A stretch of DNA of 64,000 nucleotides, taken from the NCBI GenBank assembly GCA_963821525.1, contig CAWGED010000004.1, positions 1 through 64,000 of the forward strand. The letters run 5' to 3'. Shown here piece after piece: positions 42,401-52,212 of this stretch. A program made the position numbers and the translations under genes. The stretch's first letter is position 1, and every line of letters starts with the position of its first letter. Source of the DNA: an uncultured Gemmatimonadales bacterium. Lineage in GTDB: Bacteria > Gemmatimonadota > Gemmatimonadetes > Gemmatimonadales > GWC2-71-9. A model generated the notes under the pieces. It saw nothing but the letters and a program-made list of their open reading frames with translations, was not told where the DNA came from and ran no database searches.

Positions 42401-43660
42401 CTATCTCCCTGACGCTCCGCCTTTCACCACAGACCCGCCTTTCATGACGAATCCGACCTTCATCATCCGGTGCAGATCAGCCATGGCATCACCCTCAACC
42501 GCGATGATATCGGCGAACTTCCCCGGAACCAGCGATCCAACCTTGTCTTCCCACTTCATCAGCTCGGCGGCCCGGATCGTGGCGGACTGAATCGCCTGCA
42601 TCGGCGTCATCCCGTAGCGTACCATGTAGGGCAGCTGAGCCGCGTTGAGCCCGTGAGGGTAGACCCCGCTATCCGTTCCGTAGGCGATCTTGATCCCCAT
42701 CGCGACCGCTTTCCTGAAGGCCACGCGCTGCGTCTCGGTGGTCTCCGTGTTCTTGCGCAGGATCTCCTCAGGCCAGCCGTCGCGCTTGCCGACCGAGTCT
42801 ATATAGTCGCCGTTGTAGATGTCCGCCACCAGCCATGTCCCGTGCTCCTTCATCAGCTTCAACGCCTCGTCGTCCGCTAACGAGCCGTGTTCGATCGACC
42901 GTACCCCGGCGCGAACCGCCCGCTTGATGCCCTCGGCGCCGTGCGCATGCGCCGCGACGAAGGTCCCGTAGTTGGCCGCCTCGTCGACGGCGGCGCGGAT
43001 CTCCTCTTCGCTGTACTCGGGCGCGCCCGGATTGGTTCCAGCGGCAAGGACAGCGCCCGTGGCGATGATCTTGATGAAGTCGGCGCCCCCGTCCAGGATC
43101 TCCCGCACCCGCTGGCGGATTTCGGGAACCGAATTGGCGACGCCTTTCCGCATCTCGGCAGGAACCACCACATCCGGGGCGAGGCCGGTCACCTCACCTC
43201 CGCCTCCCGAAACCGTCACATATGCTCCGGCGACCTCCATACGCGGACCGATCACGGTGCCATCGTTGATGGCGTTCCGGAGCGCCACGTCAACGAAGGC
43301 TCGAAAGGTTCCTACGTCCCGGACAGAGGTGAAGCCCGCCAGAAGCGTCGCGCGGGCCTGTCTCACCCCGATGAAGGCATTCTGAGCCGCTGAGTTGAGC
43401 AGAGGGTCAGCCGGACTGGCGCCCTGAATGGAGTCTTCCAGGTGGGTATGGCAATCGATGAGACCGGGCATCACTGTGTAGCCCGAGAGATCAATGATCC
43501 GGGCCCCCTTGGGAATCGCGGCCGAGGCCGGCTGCACCGCCTCGATCTTCTCGCCGCGAATCAGGATGACCTGGCCGGTACGCACCTCGCCTTGCACCAC
43601 ATCAACCAGGCGCCCGGCCTTGATGGCGGTGACTTCCTGGGCAGCGAACAGGTTTCGTTG
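42401..43660 (-). CDS. Amidohydrolase (Xaa-Pro dipeptidase-like); start approximate
   Basis: PGLIDCHTH, GFTSVRDVG, GADFIK, AAHAHG, SIEHG, GTDSG, GKFADIIAV. Confidence 0.92.
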   Translation of the reverse strand, partial: QRNLFAAQEVTAIKAGRLVDVVQGEVRTGQVILIRGEKIEAVQPASAAIPKGARIIDLSGYTVMPGLIDCHTHLEDSIQGASPADPLLNSAAQNAFIGVRQARATLLAGFTSVRDVGTFRAFVDVALRNAINDGTVIGPRMEVAGAYVTVSGGGGEVTGLAPDVVVPAEMRKGVANSVPEIRQRVREILDGGADFIKIIATGAVLAAGTNPGAPEYSEEEIRAAVDEAANYGTFVAAHAHGAEGIKRAVRAGVRSIEHGSLADDEALKLMKEHGTWLVADIYNGDYIDSVGKRDGWPEEILRKNTETTETQRVAFRKAVAMGIKIAYGTDSGVYPHGLNAAQLPYMVRYGMTPMQAIQSATIRAAELMKWEDKVGSLVPGKFADIIAVEGDAMADLHRMMKVGFVMKGGSVVKGGASGR

Positions 43661-43738
43661 AGATAAAGGCTGAAACAGCGAGAATGCAGGTTAGTGCGAA
43701 TTTCATCTGAGCCACACTCCCGGGTTGTCCCCCGTCTA

Positions 43739-43777
43739 CCTAACCCCCTGTCCCCCTTCCCTATTGGGAAGGGGGTA
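43739..43777. repeat. REP-like hairpin
   Basis: CCCCCTTCCC-TATT-GGGAAGGGGG between co-oriented genes. Confidence 0.55.
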
Positions 43778-43806
43778 CGCCGTCATGCTCTGTTCGCCTC
43801 GTTTAA

Positions 43807-46447
43807 TCAGTCAGCACCCACTGCCCGAACCCATTCCCCACCACCCGTCACCTTGTCCGCCCTGTCCGTCCCGTCCGCCTGCTGCCTCCGCCCTCCCGCC
43901 CTTACCGCCGCTCTCTCAAACTCCTCCCTCGCCTTCTGAATCCGCCCGAGCACCGTTTGCAGCTCGGCTTCACTGTTCCAGGCTTCGCTCGCCCTCACCG
44001 CCTGATCCAGCCGGTCGAGCCAGGCAATGAAGTATTCCGCAGCCGCCTGATCACGAGGAGGGACGCCGCCCACCGTCAGGTAAATCGGGCTCGTGGTCCC
44101 GAAGGGATACAGGTCGAGCACTGGAGCGATCGGCGCGGTCGGCATAGGCCCGGAGAGTGTACCAGCCGCTTTTCGTCGCCCGTAGAGTCAGTACGGTGTC
44201 CTTGGCGGTGTGATCCCCGCTGAGCGGCAGGTCAGCTACGATTTCCCCATTGGCGATCAATTGGAGGTGATCTACCGGAACGTAGGAGCGCAACCAGACT
44301 TCGAAGCGGACCTCGCCTCCGCCGGCAGGGAGCTTCACTTCCTGACCCACCTCCGCGCCGTTGGCCTTGAGCGACACCAGCGGTCCGTTGGTCGCCATGC
44401 TCTTGCCTGCCTTCAGCGCGGCGAGCCATCGAGAATGGTCCAGCGGGACCGGCGAGCGGACAAATACCCGGTCGGTTCCCAACGGTCCCCGCAGCGAGGC
44501 AAAGTTGGTCATCGCGTCGGTACCGGCACCGGCCGGGATACGAAACCCGCAGTTCAGGAGCTGGTACCAGACCCTTGCGGTCGTCAGGTGGTCGCTGAAA
44601 CCCACGATCTCCATGTAGTCGATGTTACCCAGGCCCGCATCGATAGGCAGAGCATTGGTCAGGGCCGTCGCCGTGTCGGAGGGATCGGGGTACTCATCGA
44701 ACGGATGGACATACCCGAAGAGCGCGCCCTGCTGATGTCCCTGTTCGGCGACGAAGCTGTTGTCGGGAAAGAGACTGGCCGCTGGAGTTCCGGCATATCC
44801 GGCATAGCCCGGGAGCACCAGGTGTTTGGTCAGGCCGAGGAGCCCGGTGTGGCCCCATACGCTGGTGTGGTACTCCTGGTCGTGCGCGATCAGCAGGTCG
44901 GGTCGTGAGACCGGATCGGGCCGCCCGCTGAAGTAGCTCACATCGGGGATCCGGTCCTCTTTGTTCACGATCAGGTTCTCGACCACGTTCAGCCCCTCGG
45001 CACGGGCCTGGAACGCGAGGGTGGCCGGCGTCGCGTGGTAGTGGCCGCCGTAGTTCATGTGGACGTGGAGATCGCCGCTGGTCCATCCCTGGGTGCGCAG
45101 ATTGACCAGGCGATCCAGCCGCACCAGTCGAGCGGTGAGCTGATCCTCGGCGACGGTGACTTTCTCTCGATACACCCGGTATTCGGGGCCGTGGGTCACT
45201 TCGATGGTGGCATCCCCCGCCGGCATCGTCAGCGTCGAGGTCCCGGAGGTATGGAAGTAGCCGTACTCGTAGGATCGCTCCTGACGGTCAAAGGCATCGT
45301 CGGCGTGGCGCCAGGCATCGTCAGGCGCGACACTGCGGCCGTCGGGAAGGGAGACCGACACTCGCGCAGGGAGTTCGCGTCCGGTCGCGGCATCGACCAC
45401 CGTGACCTTGAGCCGCCCTACTCGCTCACGATAGGTGCGCTTGCCGATCTCGATCCCGGTGCGCGCTCCGCCGGGGACGGCCACCGTCCAGAGTGAGGTG
45501 TTTCCCCCTTCATTCGAGATGTAGGCGATGCGCCGCCCATCGGGAGACCAGCGTGGATTGGTGGCATCGAAATCCCCATAGGTGAGTTGCAGGGGATCGC
45601 CGCCGTCGGCGGTCATCAGCCAGAGCTGGTTCCACTGGCGGCCCAGGTAGCTGGAATAGACCACGCGCCGGCCGTCGGGAGACCATGCCGGCCGTGCCTT
45701 CCAGGTGGTCTCCTCGTCGTACAACGGCCGCAGCGGTGCGCCCGGAGTCGCAGGCATCCGCCAGAATCCTCCGGTTCCCCAGATCTTCCCGTGATTCGAC
45801 ACCACGATCAGCTCCCGGCTATCGGGAGACCAGGTCGGCGAGAGGTAGTGATCGAACCGGCTGTAGTAGTACCGGGGGAGGCCGCTATCGCGATCTTCCG
45901 TGAGACGCACTGCGGGCCCCGCCGCCATTCCGTTCTCGATTGGGATCAGGAAGATGTGCCAGCGGCCCTCGTAGGACGTGGACACGAAGGCGATGGACTT
46001 GCCATCGGGCGACCAGTGCGGCTCGACGTTGACCGCCCCGTTGGCGACGAGCGGGTGGGCATCCATCGTTTGCCGATCCACCACCCAGAGATCAACCGCA
46101 TCATTGCGATAGGAGGCGTAGACAATGCGGCGCCCGTCGGGGGACCAGTCGGGTTGATGGTCGTAGGCGCCGGTCGTGATCTGTTCGACATTCATGGTGC
46201 GCGAAGGCGCCGCCGGGACCGATCCGGCCCAGAGCGATCCCTGCATCGCGACGACAAGCTCTTTCCCGTCGGGAGACCAGGCGACTGAGGAGGGACCGCT
46301 CGTGACCTGAGGCAGATACATCTCCCGGTAGTAGTAATTGTGAGGGAGTTTGATCTGCTTCAGCACCGGCTCGCGCTGGGCCAGTACGGGGTTCGAGGCC
46401 AGCAACAAGAGGCCGCAGATGAACGCACATGAACGCAGTTGGATCAT
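43807..46447 (-). CDS. TolB-like propeller plus CehA/McbA-family (PHP-like) metallohydrolase, frameshift near 44140
   Basis: Repeated WSPDG, SGDLHVHMNY, GYVHP, WYQLLNCG, AGAGTD, ATNGP. Confidence 0.85.
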
Positions 46448-46526
46448 CGAGTCGCGACGTTTGGGTGTGCTCAACGGCGTAGTGGCCGGTCGCTTGCGCT
46501 TCGAGCCACACACTCGGAATTAGTAG

Positions 46527-47270
46527 CTAACAGCTAATGGCTAATGACATGGCTAATGACTGACGGCTGACTCGGCTCGACCCCAAAATTTCCGTCACCA
46601 CCCGATCGGCATGGATCCGGGCGGTATCAATCAGGGGAATGCCGACATCACGGGCTCCTCGCATGAGGAGCGGGATTTCCGTGCCAGCGAGCAGCACCCC
46701 ATCTGCCCCATCCCGTTTCAGGCGTTCGACCACGGCCAGGAACCCTTCGCGGGTCTCGTCGCGAAAGTTCTCGATGACGAGTTGTTCCATGTACGCGTCA
46801 TGAATGTAGACCTGATCCTCCGGTGAGGGCACGCGGATCGCCATTCCTCGACGGGCAAAGACGTCGGGATAGGCCCGGGCCTGCATGGTGAAGCGCGTCC
46901 CCAGCAGGCCCAGCACCTTGTGACCCCGCTGCTCGGCCGCATCGGCCGCGGCCTCCACGATGCTGAGAAGGGGAATCGGCGATCTGCGCGAAAGCTCGTC
47001 GAAGATGAGATGCGGCGTGTTCGAGGTGAGGACCCCGAAGTCGGCCCCGGCCCGCGCCAGCCGCTCGATCTCGGTCGTAAGCCAGTCGGCAAGCTCGGCG
47101 AGACGATTCTGTTCAAAGAGTCGTTTCAACCGGGCGAGGTTGAGGCTGTTGATCAGGATTTGAGGATAGCTGCCGTCGCCTGTTCGCTCGCGATAGGACG
47201 CGATGATCAGGCGATAGTAATCCACGGTCGAGGGTGGAGCGATCCCTCCGATCAGGCCAACGGTCTTCAT
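46527..47270 (-). CDS. Asp/Glu racemase-family protein lacking the canonical cysteines
   Basis: KTVGLIGG, STVDYY, TSNTPH, GLLGTRFTM, LAGTEIP. Confidence 0.85.
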   Translation of the reverse strand: MKTVGLIGGIAPPSTVDYYRLIIASYRERTGDGSYPQILINSLNLARLKRLFEQNRLAELADWLTTEIERLARAGADFGVLTSNTPHLIFDELSRRSPIPLLSIVEAAADAAEQRGHKVLGLLGTRFTMQARAYPDVFARRGMAIRVPSPEDQVYIHDAYMEQLVIENFRDETREGFLAVVERLKRDGADGVLLAGTEIPLLMRGARDVGIPLIDTARIHADRVVTEILGSSRVSRQSLAMSLAISC

Positions 47271-47850
47271 TCGGCGGGCATCTTTCCGTGCTTGAAGATG
47301 TCCCACCAGATCTTTTGGTCAGCTTCCGAGTAGATGCCTAGCAGCTGGATAATCTCCCGGGCGAACTCCACGCTCCCGATACCGCTCGCCGTGATGAGGT
47401 GGCCGTCCCGAACCGCCCATTCGTCGCTGTACCGGCTCTCATCCTGATATCCCGGTACCAGCGCGCTGAGATACGCCTTGCTGTTGCTGGTGTGCTGGCG
47501 GCCTTTCATCATTCCCATTTGGCCCACAGCGACGGTCGCACCACAGATAGCCGCAACCGGTACCCCTGCGGCGTCGAAGGTCTTGACCACCCTGGTGAGT
47601 TCGGGCCCCGGCGGCCCCTGCTCCCACATGTCACCTCCGGGCAGGATCAGCAGCGCGGCACCGTCTGCAGTGACCTCGGCCAGAGTAAGATCCGGGGTGA
47701 CACGGAGTCCTCCCATCGAAGTCACCACGTCGGGCCCAAAGCCGACGGTCCTGACCTCGAAGCGGCCGCTCTTCTTCACTTCGCACATAGCCAGAGCCGG
47801 TTCCCAATCGGCGTAGCCGTCGAAGACGAGGACGAAGACAACTGAGCCAT
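47267..47850 (-). CDS. DJ-1/PfpI family protein
   Basis: FDGYADWE, TSMGGL, LILPGG, VAAICGAT, ITASG. Confidence 0.88.
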
Positions 47851-47953
47851 CAGCCGTCAGCCGTTAGCGGCGTTAGCCGGCAAGCCGTATGGCGCGTTGC
47901 TGTATCCCTATTCCCTATTCCCTATTCTCCCGTCTCCCGCTCCCGTTCCCGTC

Positions 47954-49345
47954 TTACGCCTCCCGTCTCCTCCCCCGCCAGTACACCGCCAGACCCATCA
48001 CCACGAACCCCAGCGCCCCGCCAACCACCTTCAACTCAAACAAAAGGACGCTCGGCGTGTCGCTTGGAGGCACCACGGCGACGCCCATCGCAAGCAGGGT
48101 AAGCCCAAGGCCAGCGATCGCGACCAGCCAAGGTTTGATACCCCGAGCGGTCGGAGAAGGATTACGACGGGTGAAGAGCAGGTAAGCGGTAAAGAGGTAG
48201 AGATAGGGGATGAAGTACACCAGCAGCATGGTGTCGAGGATGATCAGATACGCTTTCTCGACCGTGGTGCCCCTTCCCAGCACCGACAGAAAAAGGAAGA
48301 CCGTTGCAAAGGAGGACTGCACCAGGATCGCGACGTATGGCGTCTTCCACTTGGGATGGATCCGGCCAAAGGCCGGCGGGAAGTACCGATCGATGCCGAT
48401 CATGAAGGCGACCCGCGCGGGACCGGTAAGCCAGGCGCCGATTCCTCCGATATTGCCGATCACGTAGAGCAGGGCCATGCCCGGCACCAGCCACGCGACC
48501 ACCGAACCTGCTGCTTCCGCTCCTGCGGCCACGGCCTGCAGAAATCCGGAAACCACGTTGACCTTGTCGGTGGGAACCAACCAGAGCACCGAGGCGGTGC
48601 CGACCAGGTACAACAGGATGATGAATGGAGCCGACAGAAAAATGGACCGCGGCAGGGTGCGGGCGGGATCCTTGGTCTCCCCGGCCATGACCGAGCACAG
48701 CTCCAGGCCGGCGAAGGCAAAGGCGATCGTCGCCCAGAGGTTGATCGAAGAGAAATCGGCCAGGTCGGGCACCAGCGAGCTTGGGGTGATGGGAGTCGCG
48801 GAACCCCGATGGACAAAGGCCCAGATCCCGAAGCCCATCAGAGCAACACCAGGCAGGTAGCTCGCGACCGCCCCGATGTTTTGCAGCCACTTGCCGGTCC
48901 CCAACCCGACGATGTTCATGAACGTCGCGAACCAGAGCATGCCCAGCGTCGCGGGAAGGACGTAGGACCAGTTGTTCACCAGCTCGGTATTCCCTCGCCC
49001 CACCACGAAGGTCGCGATGACCGCCGTGGACATGAGCAGATTGGGATAGTAGAGCAGGTTGTTGACCCAGTAGCACCAACCGCACAGGAAGCCGTGCGAG
49101 TCGCCGAAGGCGCGCTTGGCCCAGGAGTAGATCCCACCCTCGTCGGGAAAGCGCGAGGCCAGCTCGGCGACCGCGAGTCCCTGCGGGATGAAGAAGAAGA
49201 GCGCCGCCAGTACCCAGAGCGTAAGGGAGCTGGGGCCGGCTGCCGCCGCCGTCGCCAGCCAGCGCAAACTGAGAACCGCGACGACGTTGAACAACACGAG
49301 GTCGCGGAGGCCCAGAGTCCGTGGAAGAGCCTTGGGGTCCGTGAT
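47954..49345 (-). CDS. APC-family amino acid/polyamine permease; start approximate
   Basis: About 12 hydrophobic helices, ELASRFPDEGGIYSW, FAFAGLE, GETKDP. Confidence 0.92.
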   Translation of the reverse strand: MTDPKALPRTLGLRDLVLFNVVAVLSLRWLATAAAAGPSSLTLWVLAALFFFIPQGLAVAELASRFPDEGGIYSWAKRAFGDSHGFLCGWCYWVNNLLYYPNLLMSTAVIATFVVGRGNTELVNNWSYVLPATLGMLWFATFMNIVGLGTGKWLQNIGAVASYLPGVALMGFGIWAFVHRGSATPITPSSLVPDLADFSSINLWATIAFAFAGLELCSVMAGETKDPARTLPRSIFLSAPFIILLYLVGTASVLWLVPTDKVNVVSGFLQAVAAGAEAAGSVVAWLVPGMALLYVIGNIGGIGAWLTGPARVAFMIGIDRYFPPAFGRIHPKWKTPYVAILVQSSFATVFLFLSVLGRGTTVEKAYLIILDTMLLVYFIPYLYLFTAYLLFTRRNPSPTARGIKPWLVAIAGLGLTLLAMGVAVVPPSDTPSVLLFELKVVGGALGFVVMGLAVYWRGRRREA

Positions 49346-49490
49346 AGGGGGCGGCCCTCCGGGCCGGGTCGATTGAAGATTGAAGATTGAAGATGTCAGA
49401 TTGAACTGCAGCTGAGAGCTATTAGCTGAATTAGCTAACAGCTAACAGCTTTGCTGACGGCTGACGGCTGACGGCTGCCGGCCGTCCGAG

Positions 49491-50255
49491 CTACCCCAAG
49501 TACAGCTTCTTGGGATCCAGCACTTCCCGCAGCAGACGCAATTCCTCTGCCCCGGGCGGAGCGATGAGGTCGAGGTGATCCCGGGCGAGCAGGGGCCAGC
49601 CCACGCTGCTCTTTACGTCTTCGACTGCGACGTCGGGATAGATCGCAGTGAGCACCATCTCACCGGTTTCCGGATCCGATTCGAGGATGCCCTTGTCGGT
49701 GATCACCTTGACCGGACCCGCGCCCGGCATGCCGAGTTCTCGACGGGACTTGCCCTTGCAGCGTTGACCGGGACTGGTGAGGAAATCCAATTCCGCGGGG
49801 AAGGCTCGCGGATTGAGCCGGCTGATGATGAGCACCCGTTGGGCGTGGATCGCGATTTCCGCGGCACCGCCGGAGCCGGGCAGCCGCACTTTGGGCTTCT
49901 GATACTTGCCGATCACCGTGGTGTTGATGTTGCCGAAGCGGTCCACCTGCGCCCCGCCGAGGAAGCCGACTTCGATCTTCCCGTTCTGCAGAAAGAGCTG
50001 GAACACGTCCGCCATGCTGCAGACCATCAGCGATCCGGTAACCAGCGAGGGATCGCCGATCGAGACCGGCAGCCTCTCGGGCACGGCGCCCACGGCACCG
50101 GACTCGTAGATCAACACCAGGTCGGGCGCCTGGAGGGCACGCGCGAGGTTGCAGGCCAGGTTAGGCAGACCGATCCCAACGAAGACCACCTCGCCGTTCG
50201 CGAGCTCGCGCGCGGCCACGGCGGACATCATTTCTGAGGGCGAGTAGCCAGTCAT
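49491..50255 (-). CDS. CoA-transferase beta subunit (CatJ/GctB-like)
   Basis: VFVGIGLP, LIYESG, GFLGGAQVDRFGNINTT, RLPGSGG. Confidence 0.92.
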   Translation of the reverse strand: MTGYSPSEMMSAVAARELANGEVVFVGIGLPNLACNLARALQAPDLVLIYESGAVGAVPERLPVSIGDPSLVTGSLMVCSMADVFQLFLQNGKIEVGFLGGAQVDRFGNINTTVIGKYQKPKVRLPGSGGAAEIAIHAQRVLIISRLNPRAFPAELDFLTSPGQRCKGKSRRELGMPGAGPVKVITDKGILESDPETGEMVLTAIYPDVAVEDVKSSVGWPLLARDHLDLIAPPGAEELRLLREVLDPKKLYLG

Positions 50256-50273
50256 TGGGTCAACTGGCAACCT

Positions 50274-50349
50274 GTCATCCTGAGCGAAGCGAAGGATCTT
50301 GCAGTCCCGAATAAGATCCCTCGGGCGCTCCGCGACCCTCTGAGATGAC
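50274..50349. repeat. REP-like palindrome between the CoA-transferase subunit genes
   Basis: GTCATCCTGAGCGAAGCGAAGGATCTT...AAGATCC...GATGAC. Confidence 0.7.
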
Positions 50350-50374
50350 CATGACTTGGGAAGCAGGCATGTCA

Positions 50375-51280
50375 TCAGAATCCATAATTCACCCCCGCCG
50401 CCATCTGCGTCCCAGCCTTCAATCGCTCTTTGAGCTCAGGCTGACGCGCCATGTACTCGGCGCGGTCCCGGACTCCGTGCACGAACTCGTCGAGATACGC
50501 TTGCAGCTTTTCGGGATCGCGGGAGATCGGCTCCCAGTTCACGTAGAAGTCGTTGTCCCGGTCGTAATAACCCTGGGCGTAAGAAGGATGCGCGCCCCAC
50601 GGTTCCACCACGACGGCATCAACGATCATTCCCGGTATCAGCGTCCGGTTCGGGTCTGCGCGGATGACCGATTCGTCCACCAGCTCCTCGACTACCACGA
50701 TCACTCGCTGCGAAGCGAAGGCCGCTTCCTTCTGGACGCCGAGCAGGCCCCAGACCTGGGTGTTTCCCTGCTCGTCGGCCCGCTGCGCGTGGATGATGGT
50801 GACATCGGGGCGAAGGGCCGGGACGGTTGCAAGCTCGACCCCGGTGTAGGGACAGGTCACCGTCCTGATCAGCGGGTTCGCGACCGGAAGATCGGTGCCC
50901 ATGTAGTTCTTCATGGGCCAGAACGGCAATCCCGCGGCCCCGGCGCTCATTCGCGCCACCATCCCGAAGTGGCTGTACTCCTCGATCTCGAGTGGCGGAG
51001 TCCCCTGCTCCACCGCACGCCGGAAGGCATGCAGCGAACCGGCGCCCGGATTGCCGGCCCAGGAGAAGACCAGCTTCTTGGCACAGCCGGCGCCGATCAT
51101 CTGGTCATAGATGAGATCGGGCGTGAGCCGGCAGATGGTGAGATCCTTCCGCCCCTGGCGGATGATCTCGTGGCCGGCCGCGAAGCAGATGAGGTGGGTG
51201 AACCCTTCGATCACCACGGTATCGCCGTCGTGCACATGGGCGGCGATCGCGTCTTTCATCGAGACCAGTTTGCTCTTCAT
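50375..51280 (-). CDS. CoA-transferase alpha subunit (CatI/GctA-like)
   Basis: EGFTHLI.FAAGHEIIRQ, RLTPDLIYDQMIG, FSWAGNPG, IHAQRAD, GAHPSYAQGYY.RDN. Confidence 0.92.
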   Translation of the reverse strand: MKSKLVSMKDAIAAHVHDGDTVVIEGFTHLICFAAGHEIIRQGRKDLTICRLTPDLIYDQMIGAGCAKKLVFSWAGNPGAGSLHAFRRAVEQGTPPLEIEEYSHFGMVARMSAGAAGLPFWPMKNYMGTDLPVANPLIRTVTCPYTGVELATVPALRPDVTIIHAQRADEQGNTQVWGLLGVQKEAAFASQRVIVVVEELVDESVIRADPNRTLIPGMIVDAVVVEPWGAHPSYAQGYYDRDNDFYVNWEPISRDPEKLQAYLDEFVHGVRDRAEYMARQPELKERLKAGTQMAAGVNYGF

Positions 51281-51372
51281 GCCTGGTGGCCCGGGTTAGA
51301 TCGGCAACGGACTGCTCGCATCCATCACCGTGATCTCGACTAGGAGTGGAATCGGTGGCTGGAGACGGGGAG

Positions 51373-52091
51373 CTATCCTATCGAGCGCGAGGGCGCGGTG
51401 CCAGAGGCGATCGCTTCGATGCCCTTCAGCTCGTGAATGAGATGGCTCGGCTGCCCCGGTGAGGTGGCCGTTCCAACAGGGCCGCCGCCGCTTCCCCATC
51501 CCTTCGCTCCAGCGCCTCGAGCAGGCCACGATGTTCCCGATCGAAAGTCTCCCGGTGCTTGAGCATGAGCCCGTGAGAGAGCCAGTAGCGGTCTACCCGT
51601 CGCAGGAGACCGGTGATCAGCTCCTGGAGGCGGGGCCGGTCGTCGAGACCGTAGATGGCCTCGTGGAATTCCACGTCCAGGACACCCCACTGGGCGCCGC
51701 CGTGAGTACGCTCCGCACGGTCGAGTAGCGCCCTGGCGGCGGCGAGCTGAAGCGGAGTGAGCCGACTGGCCGCACGACGAATCGCCGCGGTCTCGAGGAT
51801 GACCCGGATTTCGTAGATCTCCCGGATCTCTTCCGAGGTCAGTGCGCTGACCGTGGCCCCCCGGTTGGGCTGGTAGGTGACCAGTCCTTCGGACTCGAGC
51901 TGGCGCAGCGCTTCACGAACGGGGATGTGACTGACCCGAAGCTGAGCCGCGATTTCATCCTGAGGAAGCGGTTCGTTGCCCCGGAGGTGTCCGGTGATGA
52001 TCGCCTCCCGCAGCACCGAAGCCACCATTTCATGGGTGGGTTGGCGCCGGCGGGGGCGTTCGAGTCGCTCCAGGATCTGGTCAAGCTCCAC
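51373..52091 (-). CDS. GntR/FCD transcriptional regulator (3' frameshifts)
   Basis: LREAIITG, VSHIPVREALRQLESEGLV, EIYEIRVILE, FH, EH. Confidence 0.9.
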
Positions 52092-52141
52092 GCTTTGGAC
52101 TCGCCGAATGCAGGGTTTTCAGGCTCAACGCTTGCGGGATC

Positions 52142-52155
52142 ATATATTATATATT
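52142..52155. promoter_or_regulatory. Candidate GntR operator in the divergent promoter
   Basis: AT-only palindrome ATATAT-T-ATATAT in a GC-rich background between gntR and kamA. Confidence 0.5.
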
Positions 52156-52212
52156 ACCTTCGCCAAAGTCAATAAGCACCAAGCACATCCGCGCTCAGAG
52201 ACAGGTGCCGCC

